Part shown: positions 57,026 through 64,000 of the stretch, piece by piece
Numbering within the stretch: the first letter of the stretch is position 1
How the letters are laid out: every line of letters starts with the position of its first letter
NCBI GenBank assembly: GCA_050294405.1
Contig: JBNKOC010000012.1
Location: 128,001-192,000, forward strand
Reading direction: 5' to 3'
From: Fibrobacteria bacterium
GTDB lineage: Bacteria > Fibrobacterota > Fibrobacteria > UBA11236 > JADFYW01
DNA length: 64,000 nt
Program-made: the position numbers and the translations under genes
The notes under the pieces: generated by a model
What the model saw: the letters and a program-made list of their open reading frames with translations, nothing else
Told to the model about the DNA's origin: nothing
Databases searched by the model: none

Positions 57026-59335
57026 ATGGAAGCTACTGCCATTGAAACCAGCCAAACAGCAGAGGCAGAAAATGCCCCTCATGCCAATTGGCCTCAAGGG
57101 GCATTGGATTTAATTGTCCCCGTTGCAACAGAAGAGGGTTTTGGAGAAGACCCAAAATACACTTCGGAATTTGAAATCGCCAAACTGGAAATTGAAAAAG
57201 GAGCTTCCATTGATTGGGAAGCCATCCAGCTCAACTGCCAAAAACTAAGCCTGGAAATAGCCAAAGACTTACGGGCTCTTGGTTATCTGGCCTTATCCAG
57301 TTTTCGGGCCAGTGGTGTTTCTCATGGCTGCGAGGCCCTGCTGGCCATTACTCATTACATACTGGAACATTTTGAAAAAGTCCATCCCCAAAGGGAAACA
57401 GCCAAATTAAATTCCATAAGCTGGCTTAATTCAGATAAATTAACTGCTTTTTTAGAAGGGTTATCCCCCGAGGGTGCAGATAAGCCCATTGCTTTTACCA
57501 CATTGCAGGAATTAAACAAGGTTAAAAAATTCCTTACTGAAAAATACCCAGATAATCCTCCCTCCATTGGTCAGTTGGTCAAAGTCTTTGAGGCTTGGGT
57601 TAAAAATTACGAACCTGTTTCCGCCAAAGAAGAATCTATAGTCCAAGTATCAGAAGGGGAAGCTGAAACTGGAAATCCCGAACAGGCTTCAGCCCCGGCC
57701 AATGGCAAGATGGGACAGGAGCTATCTACCGATGTCCCTCATACAAATGGAGTCGTTGAAACGGAAACAAAAGTGGAAGCTGCGCCCGACCCGGATTGGG
57801 TGATTCAACTTAAAAAACCAATTTCAGATGGGGCTCCCACAGGAGAAGATCCCAAATATTCCAATGAGTTTGATGTTATTAAGGCCGAAATTGAAAAAAT
57901 GAGCGGCAATGATTTTGAACTGCTGGTGAACGAGGGTTTAAAAGTTTTAACAGAGCAGGCCAAGGATTTAAGAGTTTTCGGATTTTTGCTTTTGGGCTCC
58001 ATTAAGTCCGAGGGCATTGAGCATTTTTCCTATGTGCTGGATAGCATGGCCTATTGGGCGGAAAGTGATTTTGAGGGGCTACATCCCCAGAGAGAAACTG
58101 CTAAGGAAAACGCCATTAAATGGCTTAACCAGGACAGGTTGATGACCACCATGGATGGGGTAGAGCCCAAAGAGGCTTATTATCCCCATGTTATGCGGGC
58201 TCAACAAGCGTTTAATAAACTGAAGTCTGTTATTTTTGAAAAGTTTCCAGACAACCCTCCTTCCATCGGTCAGTTGGGAAAGGCCTTGGAAAAGTGGGTT
58301 AAAAGTTCAAAGCCAGCCCCAGTGGCAGCCACTAAGCCCGCCGCTACCGCAAGCGCTTCCTCTCCAGCTGAAAGTACATCAACTACCTCAACAGCTTCAT
58401 CAGCAGGACCAGCCTTAGGGGCCATTGAAGATATATCGGGGGCCCAAACCAACTTGCAAAAGGTGGCCAGTTTCTTTCTGGCAAACGATGAAACCAACCC
58501 TTTGGGATACAAACTTATGCGGGTTTTAAAATGGGAGACCATTCCAGAGACCCCCAACATTCCCAATGGAGTTTTGCGAATAGCCGGGCCCAACGCACAG
58601 CTTAAAAACCAGTTGGAAAAAATGCTGGAAACCCAAAACTGGAAAGACTTGGTTAGATTAGCCGAAGAGGCTTTCACCCGACCGGGCCATCATTTTTGGC
58701 TGGATTTACAATGGTATTCCTGCCAGGCTTTGCGTGGTTTGGGAGGCAAGTACAACTTGTGCGCTGGTGCTATTGAGGGTGAATTGGCCTCTTTAATGAA
58801 ACGGGCCGGAGGTCTGGCTGAATTTAAATATCAGGATAACACTGCATTTGCCTCTCCCCGTACTTTAGATTGGGTGGCGGAAATAAGTGCCGCTGCGGCT
58901 GGAGGAACTGGAGTATCAAAAACATCTGATGGTCTAAGCGATGAAGACAAAGAAACCATGAACGGCTTAGTGGCGGAGGGCAAGTTGCCTGAGGTTTTAG
59001 CCTTTTTGGAAAATGCTCCTGGTAACCTCGATAAAAAGACAACAAGCATGCGCAAAATTCAAATGGCAAAAATTTGTGTTAACATGCAAAACCCTCTATT
59101 GGCCGAGGGTATATGGTCCGGTGTTAAGGATGAGTTGGAGCGGGATCACTCGGGAGACTGGGATAAAAATTTTGCCTCTACGGTTTATGAAATGGGGCTT
59201 CGCATATATAAATTGTTGTCTACTGATGCAGGTTCTGGACCAGCAGAAAAAGCACATTATGTATTACAAATGCGGGATTGTTACAAAAAAATTGCTAAAT
59301 TTGATCCAATCAAAGCCAACCAATTGAATTTTTAA
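57026..59335 (+). CDS. tssA: T6SS TssA with two tandem ImpA_N domains
   Basis: GEDPKY..EF...K.EIEK...KDLR occurs twice; downstream PLGYKLMRVLKW..FWLDLQ (VasJ-like); precedes tssB. Confidence 0.88.
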   Translation: MEATAIETSQTAEAENAPHANWPQGALDLIVPVATEEGFGEDPKYTSEFEIAKLEIEKGASIDWEAIQLNCQKLSLEIAKDLRALGYLALSSFRASGVSHGCEALLAITHYILEHFEKVHPQRETAKLNSISWLNSDKLTAFLEGLSPEGADKPIAFTTLQELNKVKKFLTEKYPDNPPSIGQLVKVFEAWVKNYEPVSAKEESIVQVSEGEAETGNPEQASAPANGKMGQELSTDVPHTNGVVETETKVEAAPDPDWVIQLKKPISDGAPTGEDPKYSNEFDVIKAEIEKMSGNDFELLVNEGLKVLTEQAKDLRVFGFLLLGSIKSEGIEHFSYVLDSMAYWAESDFEGLHPQRETAKENAIKWLNQDRLMTTMDGVEPKEAYYPHVMRAQQAFNKLKSVIFEKFPDNPPSIGQLGKALEKWVKSSKPAPVAATKPAATASASSPAESTSTTSTASSAGPALGAIEDISGAQTNLQKVASFFLANDETNPLGYKLMRVLKWETIPETPNIPNGVLRIAGPNAQLKNQLEKMLETQNWKDLVRLAEEAFTRPGHHFWLDLQWYSCQALRGLGGKYNLCAGAIEGELASLMKRAGGLAEFKYQDNTAFASPRTLDWVAEISAAAAGGTGVSKTSDGLSDEDKETMNGLVAEGKLPEVLAFLENAPGNLDKKTTSMRKIQMAKICVNMQNPLLAEGIWSGVKDELERDHSGDWDKNFASTVYEMGLRIYKLLSTDAGSGPAEKAHYVLQMRDCYKKIAKFDPIKANQLNF

Positions 59336-59398
59336 TTAAATTTGGATTCAGTTTCTGGTTTATTAGTGGGTCGTGTTTGTTTTAACAGAGGATGAAGT

Positions 59399-59923
59399 AT
59401 GGCATCAAATAGCTTTCAAAATGAAATTCCACCAGCACGTGTAAATATTCAACTTAGCGTGGATAAAGGTGGCGCTCAGAAAAAAGTAGAGCTCCCCATG
59501 AAAATGATGGTTATGGGCGATTTTACAGGCAAAAAAGACTCTACCCGAGTGGCAGAAAGAGAGCGCATCAATATCAATAAAAACAACTTTGACCAGGTTA
59601 TGGAATCTATGGACCTTGGTGTGGACACCACTGTAGCCAACAAGTTGAACCCCAACGGCGGCGACATTAAAGTGAATTTAAAATTCAAAAACATGAAATC
59701 CTTTGATCCAGTGGAAGTGGCCAAACAAGTTCCCTCCATTACCAATTTAATGGCGGCACGTAACCTGATTAAAGATTTGGGTTCTAATTTGTTGGACAAC
59801 CGCGAATTCAGAAAGCGGATGGAAGCCATTTTAAAAGACAAATCCGCTATGGAAAGCTTAAAAGAAGAGCTTCAGAAAATTGCTCCTCTTTCAGACGAAC
59901 CCCAGGAAGAAAAATCCGAATAA
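59399..59923 (+). CDS. tssB: T6SS sheath small subunit
   Basis: SFQNEIPPARVNI, KVELPMKMMVMGDFTG, F.NMKSF.P..VA.QVP. Confidence 0.96.
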   Translation: MASNSFQNEIPPARVNIQLSVDKGGAQKKVELPMKMMVMGDFTGKKDSTRVAERERININKNNFDQVMESMDLGVDTTVANKLNPNGGDIKVNLKFKNMKSFDPVEVAKQVPSITNLMAARNLIKDLGSNLLDNREFRKRMEAILKDKSAMESLKEELQKIAPLSDEPQEEKSE

Positions 59924-59962
59924 TAATTTTTAAGCAGACATTCAATTAAACAAGGAATCAAT

Positions 59963-61450
59963 ATGGCTGAAGAAGCAAAAGGACTAGAATACATCTACGA
60001 AACAATGGATTTGGCTGTCCCTGAAAAAGAAGTGGACATTTCCGAATACCGTGATGTGGAATCTCTTTCGGATCACAGTGCCAACGAGCGTATGGGTGCT
60101 GCTTTAAGAGTTTTTGTGCAATCTGTTATGGATTCATCTGCAAGCATCGATAAAATCGACAAAACAGCGATTGATGCGCAAATTGCTTTAATTGACGAAA
60201 AAATTTCTGCCCAATTAGACGAAATCATGCATTCCGAAGCCTTCCAGAAAATGGAAAGCGCCTGGCGTGGTCTTAAATTCACTGTGGATAGAACTGACTT
60301 TCGTAAGAATGTTAAGCTGGAAGTTTTGAATGTATCTAAAATTGATTTGCTGGAAGATTTTGAAGACTCTCCCGAAACCATACAGTCGGGTTTGTACAAG
60401 CATGTTTATACCAGTGAATACGATACTCCGGGTGGTGAACCCTTTACTTCTATTATTTCAAACTTTGATTTTGGCGCTACTTCCCAGGATATCAGCCTCC
60501 TGCAAGATATTTCCAAGGTATCTGCGTCGGCTCACTGTCCTTTTATCGCATCTGTAGGAGCCAAATTTTTTGGCAAAGAAGATGTTCGCGAACTTCCAAA
60601 AATTGAAGATTTAGAAAATTTCATGGACAGAGCTGAATACATCAAATGGAAGTCCTTCCGTGAATCAGAAGACGCCCGCTATGTGGGTTTGACTTTGCCT
60701 CGTTTCTTACTTCGTTCCCCATACGGCGAAGACAATCCGGTTAAAGAGTTTAACTATACCGAAAAAGTAAGTGGTGATGATCACGAAAAATACTTGTGGG
60801 GAAATGCCTCTTTTACCTTTGCCACGAACATGATTCGCTCCTTCCAGGACAATGGTTGGGCCGTTCAAATCCGTGGTCCCGAAGCTGGCGGTAAAGTGGA
60901 AAATTTGCCCATCCACAATTACGATGTGGGTAAAGGCACTCAAACTAAAATTCCCACTGAAATTCTAATTCCCGAAACCCGCGAATTTGAATTTGCCAAT
61001 CAGGGATTTATTCCTCTCAGTTACTACAAAAACAGTGATTTTGCCTGTTTCTTTTCTGCCAACTCTGCGCAAAAGCCCCAGGAATTTGACGATCCCAAAG
61101 TAACTGCTAACATGCGTATCAATTCTCGTTTGCCTTATATTTTCCTCACTTCCCGTTTAGCCCATTATCTAAAAGTGTTGCAGAGAGAAAATATCGGAGC
61201 CACAAAAAGCGCCTCCGCCCTGCAGGATGAATTGAACAAATGGATTAAAAGTCTGGTGACTGAAATGAAAGATCCGGATCCTGAATTGGCGGCCACTCAT
61301 CCTTTAAGCGCAGCCCAGGTTACTGTTACCGAAAATGAAGACAATCCTGGGTTTTTTAGAGTATCTATGGCGGTTACTCCACACTTCCAGGTGGAAGGTA
61401 TGGATGTTAATTTGTCCCTGGTATCCCAAATGCCAAAGGCCAAAAATTAA
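59963..61450 (+). CDS. tssC: T6SS sheath large subunit
   Basis: FQKMESAWRGL, EYDTPGGEP, LPRFLLR.PY, IRGPEAGG.V and RLAHYLKV motifs. Confidence 0.97.
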   Translation: MAEEAKGLEYIYETMDLAVPEKEVDISEYRDVESLSDHSANERMGAALRVFVQSVMDSSASIDKIDKTAIDAQIALIDEKISAQLDEIMHSEAFQKMESAWRGLKFTVDRTDFRKNVKLEVLNVSKIDLLEDFEDSPETIQSGLYKHVYTSEYDTPGGEPFTSIISNFDFGATSQDISLLQDISKVSASAHCPFIASVGAKFFGKEDVRELPKIEDLENFMDRAEYIKWKSFRESEDARYVGLTLPRFLLRSPYGEDNPVKEFNYTEKVSGDDHEKYLWGNASFTFATNMIRSFQDNGWAVQIRGPEAGGKVENLPIHNYDVGKGTQTKIPTEILIPETREFEFANQGFIPLSYYKNSDFACFFSANSAQKPQEFDDPKVTANMRINSRLPYIFLTSRLAHYLKVLQRENIGATKSASALQDELNKWIKSLVTEMKDPDPELAATHPLSAAQVTVTENEDNPGFFRVSMAVTPHFQVEGMDVNLSLVSQMPKAKN

Positions 61451-61558
61451 TTCATGCGTTGTGATGTAGATCACAGACAAGGTAAAACCCGAATTGTTAT
61501 TTTTCATTTAAATTGCTTTGCCAGGCAATCATAAATACAACTTTTAAAGGAGGATAAA

Positions 61559-62026
61559 ATGGCCATCCCAGCGTACATGAAGATAGACGGAATTCCCGGC
61601 TCAGTAGCCGTTTCAGGTCGTGAAGACACTATTGAAGTTTTGGAATTTGATCATAAGATTTATTTGCCCATTGATAAAGACGACGGTTCCATTACCGGTA
61701 CCAGAAAACACGGAGCCATTACTTTGCATAAAGCTTTCGACAAGTCATCTGCCGAGCTTTATAAAAAAGTATGTAAAGGTGAAGATATTAAAGAAATCGT
61801 AATTAACTGGTATGAGATTACTCCTCAGGGTACAGAAGAGGTTTACTTTGTTCATACATTGAACAACTGTAAAATTTCCTCCATGCGGTCTTATATGCAT
61901 AATGTAAAAGACCCTACAAAAGAAACTTTTGTGCATCAGGAAGAGCTTTGTATTCGTTATGAAAAGATTACCTGGTTGTTTAAAGAAGGAAATCACCAGC
62001 ACACTGATCTTTGGAACGTACGGTAA
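61559..62026 (+). CDS. hcp: T6SS tube protein Hcp
   Basis: GREDTIEV, GTRKH..I...K..DKSS, YEKITW; AAGGAGG SD. Confidence 0.96.
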   Translation: MAIPAYMKIDGIPGSVAVSGREDTIEVLEFDHKIYLPIDKDDGSITGTRKHGAITLHKAFDKSSAELYKKVCKGEDIKEIVINWYEITPQGTEEVYFVHTLNNCKISSMRSYMHNVKDPTKETFVHQEELCIRYEKITWLFKEGNHQHTDLWNVR

Positions 62027-62032
62027 ATTAAT

Positions 62033-62069
62033 AGCTAGCGGGGGCCTAATTCGGCCCCTTAGCTTTTTT
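62033..62069 (+). terminator. Intrinsic terminator after hcp
   Basis: AGCTA..GGGGCC/GGCCCC.TAGCT hairpin plus T-run. Confidence 0.72.
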
Positions 62070-62171
62070 CATTGGACAAGCCTGCATTGGGCATATCTAA
62101 AAAAATCCATCCGCTTCTCCGGTTATTGATTTGACAGGTTTTTAGATGTGCTCCAGCAAAGGGGAACATCA

Positions 62172-62600
62172 GTGGTACAATTACATCAGGAAAGTTTTTT
62201 AGAAAAGCTTACCGGAGTCTACATAGATGGTACCCCGGTGGGAACTGTGCCTTCTGAACAGCGCCTTTTAAAAAGTATAACAGATCACCTTTCCCGTTTG
62301 CTTAATACCCGTCAGGGAAGTTTGCAACATTTACCGGATTATGGTGTTCCCGATATTGCCCAAATATACCGAGGGCTTCCAGCAAGTTTTAATCAATTGA
62401 GATTTACTGTGTTGGAGCTAATACAAAAATACGAACCTCGCTTGGAACGAATGAAAATGACCTTGCTTCCCTTTAAACCTGAAGAATTAAAAATAGCATT
62501 TCAATTATCAGGCTATTTTAAAGGGGGCCATGCGGTGGTTTTCCAGACATCTTTTTCATCCAGTGGCGAAGCAGCTGTGCTTCCCATGAAAAAACAATAA
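62172..62600 (+). CDS. tssE: T6SS baseplate TssE (gp25-like)
   Basis: SITDHLSRLLNTRQG, PDYGVPD and YEPRL motifs; GTG 62172 follows a GGGGA SD (ORF track starts at 62148). Confidence 0.92.
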   Translation: MVQLHQESFLEKLTGVYIDGTPVGTVPSEQRLLKSITDHLSRLLNTRQGSLQHLPDYGVPDIAQIYRGLPASFNQLRFTVLELIQKYEPRLERMKMTLLPFKPEELKIAFQLSGYFKGGHAVVFQTSFSSSGEAAVLPMKKQ

Positions 62601-62601
62601 C

Positions 62602-64000
62602 ATGCCGGATATAAAAGAATTTTTTAACGAAGAAATGGATTACCTGACCCGTGCGGGGCAGGAGTTTTCCAAACTATATCCTGAAAGGGCTTCTTATTTA
62701 AACTTGGCCGGTTTGGCTGATAGAGACCCTTATGTGGAAAGGCTCTTTGAAGGTTTTGCCTTTTTAACCAGCCGGGTGCGGGAAAAAATTGAAGATGACT
62801 TTCCCGAGTTTACGGAGAATTTGCTGGATTTTGTGGCCCCCGAGTTCCTGCGTCCAATACCGCCACTAACCATGGTGCAATTTACCCCTCGTCCGGGCAT
62901 GTTGCAAAAAAGTTACAACCTGAAAAAAGGTTCACGCATATTATCGAATCCAGCCGGCCCCAAAGCCATGCCTTGCACTTTTGTGACTTCTAAAAATGTT
63001 CCTGTTTTTCCCATGCATATTTCTCAAGTGGACTTTAAAAGAGACGAAAGTAAAGGTTATGTATGCGATATTAGTTTTAAAACGGATTTGGGCGCCAAAC
63101 TTAATCAATTGGAAGATGGACATTTTACCCTTTGGGTTAGGGGCGAGCGCAGCTGGGCCTGGCAGATACATCATCTATTTACCAATCAATCCAGCCAGGT
63201 TGCCCTGGAGGTGAACGGCCAATTGCTGGAAAACAATTCAGAAACTCCCAAGGCTTATTTAAATGGGGAATTTATTAAAGAATCCCTTTGGCCCTATTCC
63301 CATTCTACTATGAAAAGCGCCAATACTCTATTTGAGTTTATTTCTTTTGAAGAAAAATTCAGATACATCCACTTTCAAAATTTGCCCCTTTCCAATATAC
63401 CCGATGACACCCGTGAATTTAAACTTAAAATATATTTGAACAACCCTTTGCCAAAAGGTCAGCCTTTGGAAACCCAAAATCTGGTTTTGTTTTCCACGCC
63501 TGCTATTAACCTTTTTGAAAAACAATCGGAGCCTATTTCTGCAAACTTAAAATCTTTTGAATATCCAATCGTGCCTGATTTAAATGAAGACTTGGAAATA
63601 TATTCGCTTAAAACCGTTACAAGCATTGATAAAAACTCTGGAAAAGAAAGTAAGTTAGAGCCCTTTCATAACTATAAACCAAACTCGGCGGCCAAAGGTT
63701 TTTATTCTATGCGGCGTTTGCAAAAAATTCCAGGACATTCCACTTGTTATATAAAAGTGGGACCAGGGGGAAATTTTCACAAGACGGAATCCTCCTATTT
63801 ATCTTTGGTAGTGTATGCTACACATGGGGGACTGCCCAGAAAGGAATTGAGAGAGGGCGATGTTTGTAATCCCACCAGCGATATTCCGGATTTTATATCC
63901 TTTAGTAATTTAACCAGACCCACAGCTTCCCATATGCCTCCTAAAGAAAGCATGTATCTGTGGTACGCTTTAAACCATCTAAACTTGAATTTTTACGCTT
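62602..64000 (+). CDS. tssF: T6SS baseplate TssF (partial, runs off window)
   Basis: Not in ORF track; manual translation from ATG 62602 gives MPDIKEFFNEEMDYL...DRDPYVERLFEGFAFLT, the TssF signature. Confidence 0.93.
   Translation, partial: MPDIKEFFNEEMDYLTRAGQEFSKLYPERASYLNLAGLADRDPYVERLFEGFAFLTSRVREKIEDDFPEFTENLLDFVAPEFLRPIPPLTMVQFTPRPGMLQKSYNLKKGSRILSNPAGPKAMPCTFVTSKNVPVFPMHISQVDFKRDESKGYVCDISFKTDLGAKLNQLEDGHFTLWVRGERSWAWQIHHLFTNQSSQVALEVNGQLLENNSETPKAYLNGEFIKESLWPYSHSTMKSANTLFEFISFEEKFRYIHFQNLPLSNIPDDTREFKLKIYLNNPLPKGQPLETQNLVLFSTPAINLFEKQSEPISANLKSFEYPIVPDLNEDLEIYSLKTVTSIDKNSGKESKLEPFHNYKPNSAAKGFYSMRRLQKIPGHSTCYIKVGPGGNFHKTESSYLSLVVYATHGGLPRKELREGDVCNPTSDIPDFISFSNLTRPTASHMPPKESMYLWYALNHLNLNFYA

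Noticed and set aside
62941..63525. Three short ORFs listed near the window end
   Set aside because: They lie within the tssF reading frame starting at 62602, which the track omitted because it has no stop in the window
1..64000. rRNA, tRNA, riboswitch or CRISPR array
   Set aside because: None recognised by eye; intergenic gaps are short. An Infernal/tRNAscan run would be needed to exclude small RNAs

Overview
Bacterial chromosomal window of roughly 40% GC by eye. The housekeeping proteins look FCB-group, possibly Fibrobacterota, but this cannot be proven from the sequence. It holds (i) mixed housekeeping and envelope genes: RRM protein, K+ channel, AlkD, DegP, Hsp20, rpmB, ispH, FkpA, waaA; (ii) an 11 kb envelope cluster at 8.1-19.0 kb with two copies of a small beta-barrel / exported protein / LpoB-like trio around an ECF sigma, zinc anti-sigma and exported caspase cassette. 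The caspase C-terminus looks like a third copy of the barrel, and the same TGAGCG-N16-GCGT motif precedes both the sigma gene and the second trio; (iii) a single groES-groEL-hrcA-grpE-dnaK-dnaJ cluster behind a perfect CIRCE, followed by a sigma54 activator with a degenerate receiver and a pseudokinase; (iv) an AT-rich island at about 40.3-53.0 kb. It encodes a lysozyme-like domain fused to a well-conserved Hedgehog N-terminal signalling domain with intact Zn/catalytic residues, a phospholipase C with no signal peptide, and a 3265-aa uncharacterised protein; (v) the start of a type VI secretion cluster (tssA with a duplicated ImpA_N domain, tssB, tssC, hcp, tssE, tssF running off the window). 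The best candidates for new biology are the Hedgehog/lysozyme island and the caspase-ECF envelope circuit. No rRNA, tRNA, CRISPR array or transposase was recognised. All family calls come from motif recognition, not database searches.
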